In this document: positions 38,129 through 52,626 of the stretch, piece after piece
How positions within the stretch are numbered: position 1 is the stretch's first letter
How the letters are laid out: every line of letters starts with the position of its first letter
Translations under genes and position numbers: made by a program
The notes under the pieces: generated by a model
What the model was told of the DNA's origin: nothing
The model's input: the letters and a program-made list of their open reading frames with translations, nothing else
The model's database searches: none
Assembly: GCA_026023565.1 (NCBI GenBank)
Contig: JAPETS010000075.1
Coordinates: 1-61,981, forward strand
Direction: 5' to 3'
Length of the DNA: 61,981 nt
Origin: Cirrosporium novae-zelandiae
Lineage: Eukaryota

Positions 38129-40079
38129 TTGATGATTTTTATTCTCTTATTTTTTTCTAAGCCTTTTTCATTCAAGCAAAGGCCTTTGGGCTCTTTTTAC
38201 GAGAGAAGAGCCCTTGATTGGCTGATCAAGGGTTGGGGTTTGCCTTCTTTTTCAACCTTTTTCGAGGTTCGGTTGGCGTGGTATTGAAATGTCCTGTGTG
38301 CTCTTCTTTTTATCTTTTTTTGTTCGTTATATGGGACATTATAGCGCCGGCGTTATAAAACAAATTCTTTTTTTTGTGAGCTTGTGTTGTGTGATTTGAT
38401 TTGATTGTATCATTAGCACCTATTTTTTTTCTCTGGGAGGAAAGTGGGAAAGCGGGAGAAAGGAGAAAAGAAATGGAAAGAGCGTGGATGTAGACGGGAT
38501 ACGAAGACTGGAAGAGGGGAGGGGAAATGGAGATGGAATGCAGGGGTGGAGAGGAGAAAGAGGTGGTGGAAGGGGAGGAAAGGAGCCTTTTCTTTTTTCG
38601 AAACCTTTTTTGTGAACGAAAGAAATATATGTTTAGAGAGAAAAGAGAGAGAGAGAAAGAAAGTGAAACAAAAAGCAGCATAAGCAGCAGCTCAATGAAT
38701 AATAACGAACCTTTTGGATTTTGATTTTGATTTTTTTTTCTTGCAGATTTTTTTGTACTTTTTGTATTTTATATAGATTATAGGGTTAAGGATTTTTTTT
38801 TCCGTGGGGGGTTAGAGATGTGTGTTTTTTTTGGTGGGGGTACGATTTTGAAGGGGGTTAAGCGGATAGGGATAAGGGGGGATCTAAGTTTTTTCATTTC
38901 TTCATCTTTTTCTTTTTGTGGTTAGATACTTGGCTGGGGTTTGTTTAAGCGCCCAGCCAAGATACTGTACTCATAGCAATCAAGTATTAGAAAAGAAAAG
39001 AAAAGAAAAGAAAACACATTTTGGTAATTAACATGTAAATTGTATTTTTGTATTTTGCGTATGTGTATGTATGTATGTGTTTTGTTAAGTATAGTAAGTT
39101 ATTCTCTCCCAAGACTTCAGGGCTTCAGGATTCAGGGGGAAAGGGAAAGGGAGGTGGCCAATTAGGACGGTCAATTTCCCTTTTGCTGTTTATCATTCAT
39201 AGCTTATCATTGGTTCTCCTAGGTAACATACATGTACAGTACAAGTAACTCAAGACTTCAGGGGCGAATTCAATATACATGATTTAGCGTAGCGGTATCC
39301 ATCCAAACAACAAACAGTAGCTCTGCTTGTTTTTTCTCTTTCCCCCCTTGGGGCTAATCAGGTATTTTTTCTTTGTATTTTTTTCTTCTTCTCAGGTTCT
39401 TCTTGCTCGGCTCGGCTCGGCTCGGTTCAGCGCTACTTGGCTCCAAGTCCGTACATACCTTCCTCCTCTTTTTTGGGCTGAATGTTTTTTGATTCTATCC
39501 ACGTGCTTTGTTTTTTATCCAGTATCAATTCTGTCGGGGATCTCGAGGGTAGTTAGGTTATAGTGTCATATCCCTGTCTAGAGACGATAATCTGCTCTCT
39601 AAGTGGGATAATGTAGAGTGGAGATCAATTGTACGTGATTAGCTTCGCTCTGAAATGGACTAGGATCTTTCGCCGGTAGGACATGCAAAGAAACCACAGA
39701 TAAGACTGGTATAAGAGCAGTAAGAATGCATGATCTCCCGCTGGCAGGAAGGGAACATGCGTCTCTTGTTCTTCATTAGCGGCAAAAGGAGATTTTCGGT
39801 TGGAGGTTCCTACTCTCAAGAATATGGAACATCAGAGAGCTTAGATCGTAGTTTCGCCATAAAGACAGACCCATAGATTGATCCAGAAGTCGACGGAGTC
39901 TTTAACCTGAATGAACTGGAATGCTGACATGCACTCCGGAGAAAACAAACATAAACGAGGGTACAGACAGCGGTGACTAAAGTTTTATGAGCAACTGTCT
40001 GCATAATGATTTGGGGGTACCTCCCGGCTTTGTGAATAGTTATTGCTCCCTTTTTGGTCCTTACAATTTTTATTTATAT

Positions 40080-41423
40080 TCACAATGTGTCTAGTTGTTC
40101 CAAGAGCCTCAAGCTGAAGCCCTCATCAGGTGAGTTTGCATTCGTTCCGTTCTTGTTATTTCCCAAGGTAGTATTTGCGCGATCGAGCTTGAGTTCAGCT
40201 GCAAAGTACTTTTGAACGAAATGCAAAACCCAGGTAGCCTCTTCTATACGTTTTTGTTCTAGTAGAACTCGTGCGGTTTCTAAACACATCCATGTAAGAC
40301 CCATTCGGCGAGATGATGTATACTTGGTTAAATTCGTGTGTCCCGGCTCCATAGCAGCTACTTCCATAGCTTCTTCTAATTCATATAGTCGCTCAAGCGC
40401 TGGTGAGGGATCAGGTGATGTGGGATGATGAAGAGCTAGGTCTGCCCGAGTCCAGTAAATGTTACCAGTCCATGCCGGGACCATTCTAACAAATGTCTGG
40501 AAACTAGCAAATTCGATCTGTGCTTGCCCAGCTCTCGTAAGCTTAAAGGTTAACCAACGTCCGGCTTTCCCGCATATCTTAGGTGTATCGGAAGCATGGT
40601 CAAGCCTTTGTGCTATTCGCAAGAATGAGTTTACTGCAATATCAAGAGAGTCTTGGTACCTCCATATACTCTTAACCCAGCGAAATACTAACTGGCTTGG
40701 ATCCTTCAAGAGGTATCGCAGGTTGGCATGTTCTTTATTGCCTCCTCTTCTATTGAGTTGAAACTGTAGTACCTTAACCCAGTGCAGGATAGTGTGGTGA
40801 TGCTTGAGAGGAGTTAAATATGGGAGCACTAGATTCAAGAATTCTAGATCGTCCAGAGCTCCTTCAAGACTGATATCACTTGTCCGCAGCCATTGTGCAA
40901 TTCTTGTTCCTACTGGAGATTGCTGCAGCTTTTCTTGAACAGATGCAGCAGGCGAACTCAACAAGGCTTTCCAATCTGCCATCAGGCATACTTTAGCCAT
41001 CTCCAGGGTAGCTGTGCCGGCAGCCACCTCTCGATCGAAGTATCCCATAGGATCTGCCCATAGCTTTTGGGATTCGCTTAGGCTATTTCTCCTTCCAGAT
41101 GAATGCGGATGGTCCGGTTTGATAGCGAAAAGTGGATGGGTAAGAATTGAGGAGAAATGGTGATCCGTGGAAACGGATGAGGCCTTGCTGGATGGATGAT
41201 ACGATGTTTGGGAAGCTGAAGAGCCAATGACCGCTTTTGAGCCCGGTGATTCTTTGTGTGGATTTTCATCATTCCGAAATATAGGATGTTTGTCATCAAG
41301 TTCTTTACGAAACGACGAGGTAAGGATAGCTAGCAATTCCTGAGATTGGCCAACATTGAGAGGTAAAGGAGGATGGATTTTTGAAGACAGTGCCTTCCAT
41401 GCGAGAGTCGGTGATATTTTCAT
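40080..41423 (-). CDS. Uncharacterised 447-aa protein (helical, possibly mitochondrial)
   Basis: Long uninterrupted ATG-initiated ORF; the first ~25 residues are basic and free of acidic residues. No family recognised with certainty. Confidence 0.8.
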   Translation of the reverse strand: MKISPTLAWKALSSKIHPPLPLNVGQSQELLAILTSSFRKELDDKHPIFRNDENPHKESPGSKAVIGSSASQTSYHPSSKASSVSTDHHFSSILTHPLFAIKPDHPHSSGRRNSLSESQKLWADPMGYFDREVAAGTATLEMAKVCLMADWKALLSSPAASVQEKLQQSPVGTRIAQWLRTSDISLEGALDDLEFLNLVLPYLTPLKHHHTILHWVKVLQFQLNRRGGNKEHANLRYLLKDPSQLVFRWVKSIWRYQDSLDIAVNSFLRIAQRLDHASDTPKICGKAGRWLTFKLTRAGQAQIEFASFQTFVRMVPAWTGNIYWTRADLALHHPTSPDPSPALERLYELEEAMEVAAMEPGHTNLTKYTSSRRMGLTWMCLETARVLLEQKRIEEATWVLHFVQKYFAAELKLDRANTTLGNNKNGTNANSPDEGFSLRLLEQLDTL

Positions 41424-42337
41424 GATTATGAAATTGTGGGTGAATCAAGGAGAAGAAGTGAGATGAGGTTGAAGTAACAGTTTGGAGCTGGTCTGACCGA
41501 TCAGTAGATGAAGGCGGGGAAGACCGACCTGGGACTGGTAAGACTTAGTTTTCAGGCATCAACCGAAATACACATTCGTCAGGCATTGTCAGGCATCGAC
41601 ACAATCTGTAAAGTTTCTAACACAGGAAATTCTGTAAATTCTGTCATGGTAAAATATCCGTATTCAAATTACATGTTACCACCGTGGCTCTACGATATTC
41701 ACCACATGTAAAATATCAATTTTTAGCTGTCAAAGGTTGGTTTAAAGTTTGCCAAAATACGTAGGTAAATCGTGAATGATTGAAAAAAGAAATCATCCGG
41801 CCAATACCTGTTGTACAAACTGACTATTATATTACTACTACCATCGTCTTATCCAGGTTCTACCTTGAAATAACAGAATACGTAACAATCAGGTACGGAA
41901 CAGCTCTCGCTAACACGCGACTTAGTTGCTGGCGACGCCTCACAACTTGAACTTGAAGCTTCAACTGTCCACGCTTCGCCCTCCAAACGCCTTTCCTACT
42001 TCTCTACTTCCTTATTGCGCATTCCCTTCATCTTTTTCACCAACTTCCGTAAGGTCTGCCCCCCAGGCTCAAGTAAAACAAGGTACAATTTTCTGTACTT
42101 TGTATTACCGAGAAGCTACTTATTTAAACCGAACATTAACTTACTTCCAAAAACAGTGTCTTTGCCAAGACACAGCGGCTTCAAACCAGGTAGTCCAACC
42201 CTTTCAAAGACGATTCCTCAAAACTTCCGTCATCATCATTGTCCAACTCATTGGCACTTAATTCCCACCCCCTCCCCCAAATTTACGAATCAACCTCATT
42301 TCATAAGTTAGATCCGTCACATTGAACTTCAAATATC

Positions 42338-45300
42338 ATGGCCGAAGTGCAGGTAAGGCCATCTGGCCGTGGTCGAGGAGCTGGACGGGGCGGACGAGGA
42401 GGCTATAGCTCTAGAGGCGGACGAAGTGGGAACAGACAAACACACGATAAATTCGAGCATGCGCCTCCAACCTCATTGGAAGACCAAGGCGAGATTGGTC
42501 AACTGAAGAAGCAATATGGTTCCAAAGTTGGGACTGTGAAGGAACTCTTCCCAGACTGGACAGACGAGGATATTGTTTTTGCTCTTCAAGAAACTGATGG
42601 TGATCTTGAGATGACGATTGAGCGCATTACTGAAGGTATGTTCTTGCACTTGGTTCCAAATCCCATATCCTGTCTTCATCTTCTATTTTGTTCATGACAT
42701 TTAAAATTTAATCGAATGCTGACCCACTATCCTTGTAGGAGCCGTGTCGCAGTGGGGCGAAGTAAAGAAGAAACATTCTGACCGCAATCGCCCAAAACCT
42801 AAAGAAAACACGAGCTTATCCAATGACCCAAACACTAATACTTCCCGTGGGGACCGAACTCGTGGTGAAAGTGGACGAGGTGCTCGAGGCAGAGGCCGGT
42901 CAGACCGTGGCCGCGGTGCTGGACGTGGAGGGCGGGCTGGCTCACACGCAAATGGCAATCGCTCTTCGATTGTTGACAAGGGCTGGGCAGAGTCAACCAC
43001 GAATGGCACTACAACTACAACACACACTGATACTGCATGGGGAGACACTATAACGGCGCCAGCTACGGCCGGGACATTGGAACAAGCAGATGCTAGCCCT
43101 GCCGCACCAGATGCTGCCCCGGTTCCTGTGGAGACAACCACAGTTCCAGATCCAGCTCCAGCCCCAGCTGCCCCATCTGAGCCTGCAAAAAGCAGTGTTA
43201 TTACTGATAAAAAGAAGACTTGGGCAAGCATGTTTGCAAAGCCTGCACCAGTCCCTATTCCTAAAGTTCAGTCGAAGCCAGTCCAAGAGAAGCATGTTGC
43301 TCCTAAACCTCCACCTGAGGCACACGTCGTCGAAGAATCAACAGATGCTGGACTACCTCCACCAGTTGAGGATCACCATGAGACGCCGATCGAAGCAGAT
43401 GTCGTCAAAGAACCTACACCGGAAGTACTTGAACCACCTGCAATCGTTACTCCCGAAGCACCATCCGAGCCAACTCCTCCCAAGGCTGATCTAACAGAAA
43501 CGAATCTAGAACAAATTCCAAATACCGCAAATCCTCCTCCGACAGCCACCGCTGCAAGTACGGTAGCAAGCACAGAAGATCCACACAGCGCACTAAATAG
43601 CGTCCACCCCTCCGGAGCCCACGCTCCATTGACAGGATATGCCACAACCGCACTCAAAGCCACCGGAGTGCCTCCACGATCGACAAGCTTCCAGCGACGA
43701 GTTCTTGAACAACAGGAGGCAGTGGTGATGCCTGGAAATCACGCAATCGATACCACCGTACAATTCGGCTCGCTGGGCTTAGGAAGCTCCGACGACTTAG
43801 ATGTAGATGATGATAGGGAGGAAGCAGAGACACGGGCTCAACCACCTCAGCACTCTCCTGTTGCCCCACGAGCCTCTTTACCACCAGCCCCACTTCAAGC
43901 CATCCCACAACAACCAGCTGATGATATTCTACCTGCACCTCGACAAGCACCAGGCTTACCTCCTGCACCCCAGGAATCAATTGCTCCCGAGTCAACTCCT
44001 CAACCACCCGTTGCTCCGCAGTCGATGCAGCAGCAGCAAGCTGGTCAACCTCAGCCATATAACCAATTCGGGCGGTTTGGACCTCAACCAGGGCAAGAAG
44101 CTCCTGCATCGGCCCACAAGGCCTACGAGATCTTCGGTCAACCTACGTCCCAACCTCAAGTTCCAAACCAATACGAAGGCTATCCAACAACTACACAGGC
44201 ACCATCTCAGCCACAACAGCAAACGTCCCAAATTGGAGGTTTCTCGACCGCTACAAGTGATTACTCTTCCTATTATACCGCCGATCAGCAACGCAATACT
44301 TATCCGGGGTTCTATGGAACGTATGGTCAGCAGGGGCAAAATCCTCAAGAATCAGGACCACAGAGGACCGGAAGTGCCTTTGCCACATCAACTGCGGCTG
44401 AAGTGAATGCTCAATATGTCACTAGCCAAGGCCAGCAACCATCTCGATACGGCCAAATTGCCGATGCCCAAAACAGTGGTCATAACACGCCAACTCCAGG
44501 TCTGCCCGGGCAACAGCCAACCCAACCTCAGCAAATTCCACAAGGACAGGCCGGTGCTCATCCTAATTATCCATATGGCCACCCTTACTATCAAAGCCCT
44601 TATTATGCCGCTTATATGACACAAATGCAGCAACAACAGTTTACCCGCAACAGTAGAGGCATGTGGGATGATTCTCGTCGTTATGATGACCACTATAACA
44701 GTCAATATACATATGGAAACCAAGGTTATGGTGGCCCATATGCCGGTAAGGCAAGTATGTACGCCCAACCTCAACATGGATATGGCATGTCTCCGCAAAC
44801 TGCATATGAACACTCTGCATCTCCTGCTACAGCTGGGGCCTTTGCTGGTCAAGGTGTACCTGGCCGCGAAGTCAGCCAAGGAAGCATTGGTGGCTACGGT
44901 CGTGCTTCCTCTACACAACCCGAGAACCCACAACTTTCGGCTTCGAATGCATCTTTTGGAAACATGCCTGATGTCTTTGGACGATCACCATCATCCTTTG
45001 GTGCAAGTCAGCAACATGTCACCGGTGCCGCTGGTGGTGAAGAACCTGGAAAACCAGGACCATACGGCGCTGAAGTCAGCAAGACCGGTGGCCCCAGTCC
45101 ATCACTCGCGCAAGCGGGACGACCTGGTTCGGCGGCTAACGGCTTACCGGGCCAAGGATCATTACCACCCCCCTCTCAACCTACGGGACAAGCATTCGGC
45201 GGATATCCTAACCATTTGAATCAAATGCATGGCAACCAGGGCTCCCAGTATGGACTTGGGGGCATTGGAGGTCATCACCAAGGCGCAGCAGCAGGACAAG

Positions 45301-45398
45301 CTGGTCAGGGAAGCGGTTACGGTAGTTACGGCGCAGGTTTCGGTAGTTACGGCAGCTATGGCGGACGGGGAGGTTGGGGCGCAAATTATGGGCATTAA
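42338..45398 (+). CDS. DEF1: RNA polymerase II degradation factor Def1 (CUE domain, RGG boxes, Q/P/G-rich tail), 2 coding exons
   Basis: ELFPDWTDEDIVFALQETDGDLE..IERITEG/AVSQWGEVKKK; EQQEAVVMPG; intron ~42636-42738. Confidence 0.9.
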
Positions 45399-47471
45399 TT
45401 GATAATTGTTCGTGATTAGCTGCTACTGCACGCAAAGAGGTTTTCCACACATGATGGAATGATATGGATCAAAGGGAATGGTCATTTTTTCTTAATGCAC
45501 TATGCACACTGCACCCACAGGCTCTGGAGATGAAAGAATGAGTGTTCCATTTTAATTTCACTCGCTTTACAAGGGCTTTTAAAACTTACGTCAAATTCTT
45601 TTTATTATTTTGCGTGCCGAATTTCCCAGTTACGAAAATGCAAGGAAGGTGCAAGAATGAATATGATTTTCGGACGGGGTATTTTTTTTTTTTCAAATGC
45701 AAAAAAAACCAGTTGGCTTTTCTCATTTTCATTATGGGGCACTGAAGGGTGACAGGAAGGGAGGGCAAATGTGGCAAGCAACTTCTGAAGCAACACTTGA
45801 CTACTATTTTTTTTTTCCTTTCTACACTTGTATTGTAGTCTAGCTCTTCTTTCCATGTTATTTGGGAACGACGTGGAACGCGAAGACTGAACCATGAAGA
45901 AATGCAGAATTCAGAAGAGAATTGATGATACGTATCTATGGGGAAATTCATGTAGACTGTTTTATAAGGGCTCTGAGATATCCAAGACTTGATTAAAATG
46001 TAAATTATTGTAGCTAGACACCCTGGGAGTCTACTCGGGCTGAGCAAGCTTCCTGTTTCGGATTAGCGTGTTTTCTTTTCGGTAAAGCCTGAGCTTTTTC
46101 GCCTGGTAAACATATAAACTTGCCTTCCCTCGCTTCCCCTACGTCCATGATGTTGCTTTCGTTGTCTTTGTGAAATATGAACATCATGCAAGCTATTCGA
46201 TGGCCCCTCTGCTGGTTGTCTTTGTCTGTCTTGAATTGCTTGATCTTAAAATTTCTTACATTTCTGCTGTGGTTGTACTGCCTCCTTGCTGTGGACCCCC
46301 CTTATTTTCTCTGACATTTTTCCTCTCTACTTGTTTTATTCTTTAGTTTGTTCTCTCCTGCTATCACAATTCAGTTGCTACTTTCGGTGAGGGGAAGTAC
46401 TGCTAGTGGCATACAGAGCGAGCATACCAAGCACCCCTTTGTCGAAGAGTTTTGACGTATTCACACATCTATTATAGAAACCATCCATCACTATAAAATC
46501 CAAACTAATAACACCTTTGATATGAGATCCTACGAGATGGGAGAAATCCCATAACAACTGAAAAGCTGTGTGAGGAAGTCCAGGTATTTCAAGAATAGTA
46601 TCTTCCGATTTTGCTGCTACCCGGGTACTTTTACATAGCCTTGCAGCGAGTGGAATAGTACATAAATTTCATTAGGCTTCATGAAAGGTTTTCAACCTAT
46701 CGTTCAAGGGTTGAACACTTGAGAGTTATGTTAGATGTTTGCTAGTTTTGTTTCAACCCCTCCTCTTGCTTACCAGGTCTCATACTAATCTTTCAGTTCT
46801 GTAGTCTTTTTTATCTAATATATGCATGTAGATCCTCTTTAACAATAAGCAAGACAACTTCATGCAATTGTTTGAATCTTGCGGGGATAAGGGTACCCTA
46901 GTTGACTTGAGCATCCTGGCCGCTTAGCGCTTCCTGATGACGTTCTTATGCGACAATATTTGGACATCCTCCAGAATTGAAGGGCCATTTGGGGCGAAAG
47001 TACTAACTCGAGATGCTGTCACCGAGTTTGGATTCTTGGTCTCTGAACAGTTGGGTTTTGAACGCAGCTTGGAGAGACTCTTCGAAGATGTACAGTACAT
47101 GACGATGGCTACACCGGCATTGCAAACCCTACCTACGAAGATCATGTAGCCGAACGTTATAAGATGATCTCAAAGGCAGGTCATTCTAAAATTGAGAAAG
47201 GACCTCTTCAGTCATGGTGCCTCTTCCCTACAATTGTTGTGCATTCCAGGAATGGTTCCATTATAGTCCCAGGGCTGTTTCTAGGGATATAGGAGGAATG
47301 AGACTCTTGCATTTATGACTAGTTGCGCTTTAATTCTGCTAAGGAGTTGTTAGTGAGAGATATGTTGGATGTGGGAAGGATATTTAATATACTTACTACC
47401 TCTCTGCGTTTAGCCAATTGACCCATAGTAAGCAACAATGATATCTGGGGTTATTATTTCCAAGTGAGGCC

Positions 47472-47818
47472 CACGTGAGGCCGAAGCACGCCGGGGTAGT
47501 TGGGGGCCTTGAGCCTTGACCCCTGGGCCCAGTGGGGATTCGCTTAAGCTTTTTGGCGCAGAAACAAAGGCCAAAGGGTCCAAGAAAGAGGGAGGGAGGG
47601 ATGGGAGGGGCCAAAAGCTGTCCAACGTTGTTTGGTTCTTTGGGTCCAACGGGGTCATGATCTAAAACTCCGATGCCCCTCATAGGGCTGGCACCAACTG
47701 TACTGGCTGGAACGATCACTGAAGAAAAGAAAATCAGCTCATACAAGAAAGAGTACCCACCATACACTCCCTACTTACTACTCGCTCTACTCACTCTCTC
47801 TCCTCACTCTACTGACTC
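47472..47818 (+). promoter_or_regulatory. Candidate CACGTG (Cbf1-type E-box) and TGACTC (Gcn4/CpcA core) sites upstream of HOM6
   Basis: CACGTG at 47472-47477 and TGACTC at 47813-47818. Both fit an aspartate-family biosynthesis gene, but hexamers occur by chance. Confidence 0.3.
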
Positions 47819-47919
47819 TACTCACTGCTTGCTCATAACACAACCTCAATTACCCCTCTCTCAATCCTCCCAATCCTCCCAATTCTCCCAATTCTCCCAA
47901 TTCCTCTACCATCACCGTC

Positions 47920-49306
47920 ATGCCTGTCAGGAAGAATATCTATTTGGCCGTTCTAGGTGAGTTCTTCTGTTTTTATCCTCTTATCAAGATAATGACTCTG
48001 AACATATCAAACCTCAAGTTGGAGATAACAATTGATTTCATAATCTTCAAGAGATGGCATTCCTGTGAGAAGATGATAGCCTAACAATATTCCAGGTACC
48101 GGCGGCGTAGGCCAAACCTTTCTCGCCCAACTTCAATCCCTACCAAAACCTCCTCTTCTCATTTACCTTGCAACAGCACAAAACACCCTCTTCAGCGAGG
48201 ATTTTCGCCCTCTTGCCCTTTCAGACTGGTCATCTCAACTCGCTCGTTCTCAGCAGCCACGTCTCCCTCCTCACGATCTGGCCTCCTACTTGGCCCTCGC
48301 CCCCGGCCGCGTCGTCCTCATTGACAACACTGCCGCCCAAGAAGTTGCAGAAGCATACCCTGAGTTTTTGAAAAAGGGCATCAGTATCTGCACACCAAAC
48401 AAGAAAGCCTTCTCTGGAACATGGGCTCTTTGGAACGACATTTGGCACGCGGCAGCCAACTCTCTCCACACTCCTAACCCAACTGGTGGATTCTGCTATC
48501 ACGAATCCTCCGTCGGTGCTGGCCTCCCCATCATCTCCACTATCAATGATCTTGTTGCTACAGGCGATAAGGTCACGAAGATTGAGGGCATATTCTCAGG
48601 CACCATGTCCTTCCTCTTCAACAATTTCGCACCCGTATCCGGTGTCGGTGGTGGTAAATTCAGCGACGAAGTCAAGAAAGCTAAAAAGATGGGTTTCACG
48701 GAACCAGATCCCCGCGATGATCTCAACGGGCTAGACGTGGCGAGAAAAGTTACGATTCTGGCACGCCTTGCTGGTGTGAGAGTCGAGGGGCCAACTTCCT
48801 TCCCCGTACAAAGTCTAATTCCTGCACCACTGGCGAGCTGTAGATCGGGCGACGAATTCCTGGACAAGCTGCACGAGTATGACAGTGAGATGGAGAAAGT
48901 AAAGAAGGCGGCTGAGGCCGAGGGCAAGGTGGTACGATTTGTGGGGAGTGTAGATGTGGAGAAAGGGACACTGAAAGTTGGGTTGGAGAAGTTCGACAAG
49001 AGCTCGGCGATTGCGAATCTGAAGGGCAGTGATAATATTATCAGCTTCTATACCAGGAGGTATGGAGCGAATCCATTGATCGTACAAGGGGCCGGGTAAG
49101 TTAATTTCCTTTCCTTTCCTTTCCTATTGCCATCATTTGTTCCTGCTTTTCTCCCAGCTATAAACCATAGCAAAAGCAGGCAGTATCTGATATTCGAGCT
49201 ACGAACAAGTACTAATCTACATACCTATTCTCTCAGTGCTGGCGGCGAAGTCACAGCCATGGGCGTCCTCGGCGATCTCCTGAAAGTGATGCAGCGCCTC
49301 CATTAA
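47920..49306 (+). CDS. HOM6: Homoserine dehydrogenase (3 exons)
   Basis: YLAVL/GTGGVG Rossmann motif, TPNKKAFS, HESSVGAGLPII, GIFSGTMSF, TEPDPRDDLNGLDVARK, QGAG/AGGEVTAMGV. Confidence 0.96.
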
Positions 49307-50110
49307 AACCCGCTCATCCATCCTCCCTCCAACCCATAAAAACAAACAAAAACGTCAACGTCAACGTCGACGTCGACCATCACCACCACCAACCACACTA
49401 AAACTTCCATCCATCTATTCATCTACAACTTCTAAAAAACGTACAACCCCCTTGGAGCATCACGGCAATAACAATAACCAAAAAACCCCTGAGATTGACT
49501 ACTACTTCTACTACAAAAATACAAATAAAAAAACCAAGACTGGCTCTTGGGGACTCCTTACAAACCTACTGTTATCACTTAGACCCCCTCGGCCTTAAAT
49601 GCTGCTGTATACACTACATAAATCTCTTTCTCTCCCCCCATCTTTCGAAAGCGATTTTTTCACAAACCAAACTTATAGCACATCCGGAACAGAACAGAGC
49701 GAAAGCAAAGCAAAATAGCATACCCGCAATAGCTTTCTTGTTTTTTTTTTAAAAAAAAAACAAAAAACAATAAATAAAAAACAAATGAAACCAAAAAACA
49801 ACAAGTATCAAGTACACATTTTAAATTACTTTGTTTTATGGTTGATCGAGGTCTAATAGATAATGATTTGGGGAATTATTTATTTCATATTGTAAATCGA
49901 GTAAGTATAGCTCTAGCTCCAGTTCCCTAGACGGAGGCACACACACACCCACACACACCCGTGAGAGGATTTACATACATATAACCAATGAAATCATAGC
50001 CACCTAAAAAAAAAAGATATCATCTCACTGAGTCACTAACTCACCACCTAGATACTCACACATACACGCATTATTATAGACATATATATACCTCCCTTTC
50101 CCCACAACAA

Positions 50111-51713
50111 CTAACCAGCAAGTTCATGCCTCGGCACCCCCCCACCAGCCCCAGCCTTATCCCCCTCAAAATATCCATACTTCCCCCCATCTCCATCCTG
50201 CAATTCATGAACCCCTGCCCCGGCCTCCGGACCCGCCATTTCATGAACCGGATACGGCTGCTGCTGTCCCATCATCCCCAACCCATCACCACCCAGCCCC
50301 TTCCCCTGGTCCTTCGACCCAAGATCCGTCGTCGCCCATTTAGGATTCACGGCCGCGCCATCAACCCCGCCCACAGCGGCCTCGGCACCTTGCCCCGCTG
50401 CCCTCCGGCTCCTTCGTCGCCGTCGACAGAATCCGAGGACTCCTACTAGGGCCACAACGGCTACGGCTCCGATTACGGGTCCGGCTATCCAGGCTTTGGA
50501 ACTCCCCGAGGAGGAAGAAGAATTTGAAGAAGAGGCAGAGGAAGAAGAGGCAGAGGAAGAGGAAGATGATGATTTGGTCAAAACAGCACTGGAGAAGTTA
50601 GTGCTGCTGGTCGGGATAGCCGTGGTCGCGTTTTTGAGATAGCAGTTTTGGAAGCCGTCTGCGAGGGTGGAATCGTAGGCGATAGCGACGCAGGCGCTTG
50701 TTGTATTGCAGGTTTCGATACAATTCGAAATTGAGGTTGCGTGCACGGCGTTGAGGTCGTTGCCGGCGATGTTAGAGTTGCAGGTGACCAAGAATTCCGA
50801 CGACGAGGTCGCGGTGTATGTAGCGTTATTGGTACAGCTCTGGCCCACGGATGCAAGCTGTGCCACCGCCGTGTGGCAAACATAACCCGAATTTCGGTTC
50901 GTCATGGAGCCGACGGCGTTTTTCGGATAGCAGTTTGCGAAGCCCTGTTCCATATCTGGATTCCAGGAAACGGCATAGCACAACGGATGGCTCTCGGCGC
51001 ATAGCTGCATGCATTCTTGGAGGGAATCGGCATGGTATGGTGAGTAGTTTACGTTTGTGGGTTCGTAGTCGGAGTTTTCCATGTCCTTGCCGCAGTAGAT
51101 TTGGAAGGGGAGGTCTCCCGTGGCGGCGGTGGTGTTTTGGATCGATGAGTCTGTATATGGGCATGTGGTGTCGTAGGATTCTAGCTGCGTGGCATTGGCG
51201 ATGGCGCTGTGGGTTATATTTTCTGAAACGGTGTCGGCGGTTAGGGAGGAGTTTTTTAGGTAGCATTTTCCGTTAGGGATGTTGTAGGCGATTCCGTAGC
51301 AGAGGGGCTGGTAGGTAGAGCAGTAGTCCATGCAACGTTCCACAGAGTCTATGGATTCTGAGTACAGGTACAGGTCGTTGCCCGGGAGGTTGGTGTCGCA
51401 GTAGGTGGTGAAGGTGAGGCTGTCGGGCGACGTGTATGTTCCCGAGGGGCAGGTGTCATCTTCTCGGCGGAGGAGGGATGCTAAAAGTCGTGGTGTTAGT
51501 GTGTCTGGTTTGTTTGGATTGTATATATCTCCCGTTTGAGATGGCTGAATAGGGAAGGCTGTGATGGTTGGAAGAAACGACGAGAGATCTTGTACACTTA
51601 CCAGACCTACTTAAATCGGTATCAGAAACATCAATCTTATCAGCCAAGAAAAGATTCCAACAGCTCCCCAAGCTTGATAAAGCATAAAAAACAATGATCA
51701 AAGAGAGCCGCAT
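50111..51713 (-). CDS. Single-pass cell-surface protein with three PAN/apple-like Cys modules (2 exons)
   Basis: Signal peptide in exon 1; three repeats of C-x3-C...C.....CYLK/CYPK; Ser-rich stalk; TM segment WIAGPVIGAVAVVALVGVLGF; poly-Arg stop-transfer; short cytoplasmic tail. Confidence 0.85.
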
Positions 51714-52626
51714 ATTTGCTATTTGCCACTTGCCAGCAGCAGCAAGGGTGGGAGAGGAGGGGATTTCAAAATGACAATATTATTACTGGAGAGGAGAATT
51801 CAAGAAAATATATTTTAGAAAAGGAAAAAGGAAAACGGAAAAAATAAAGAATGTAATTAATTGCCTGATGGATCCGGTCAGTAGAAATGATAGTAACCGT
51901 GCTAGCTGAGGCTGGGGGCTGTCTATCCCCCCTCTTCCCATCCTTCGTGGGACAAACGATGCATGTCTCTCTAAATCAATCAAAAAAATCCTTGGCAGCG
52001 TGCATGGGGAGTGGGGTCCAAAGCAAAGAACACGTTCCGTTGACCACTAAACATGTCTTTTTTGTAGTGGAGTTAGGGGATAACTATCGAACAGCCTTAC
52101 GTGCTAGTTTATATTTATCGACCTTTTTTTTCGAGGGATATAGGTTACCACTGACCGCCCTGCTGTTGATGTTTTTTTTTCCGTTGCATTGGGATCATTA
52201 TCAACAACTAATTAAATGTGATGATAAATTATTATCGACTGATATGATAAAGCTTAGCTAGAAACTTTGATTGTTTTATTAGTCGCGCAATTTCCGAAAA
52301 GTTTACAAGTAGTCGAGTTGGGATTCCTCTCGGCAGCGTTGGCTGAGAATAATTAGATGATTGGTAGGAAGCTGGAGGGAATGGTGGACGAATGGTGGAC
52401 GAATGGTGGACGAATGATAAAGGAATGGAGGATGAAGGATGGAGATGCTTGTTGTTCTACTGTAGACTACGAGTAAGTATTGGTAATTAATTAGACTAAT
52501 CTATTCCTAATTTGTAATGTCTGAGTAATGAATTATACCCTGCACTCGCCTAAAGTCGGGTTTCTTGTGCAGTATTTTGTACAATCTTCTGTATTAATTA
52601 TACAAGTCCAAGGAATCACTTCATGC

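Noticed and set aside
34309..45450. Antisense and alternate-frame ORFs inside DRS2 and DEF1
   Set aside because: Expected shadows of long coding regions.
46924..47149. Overlapping ~70-aa ORFs between DEF1 and HOM6
   Set aside because: No recognisable motif or gene structure.
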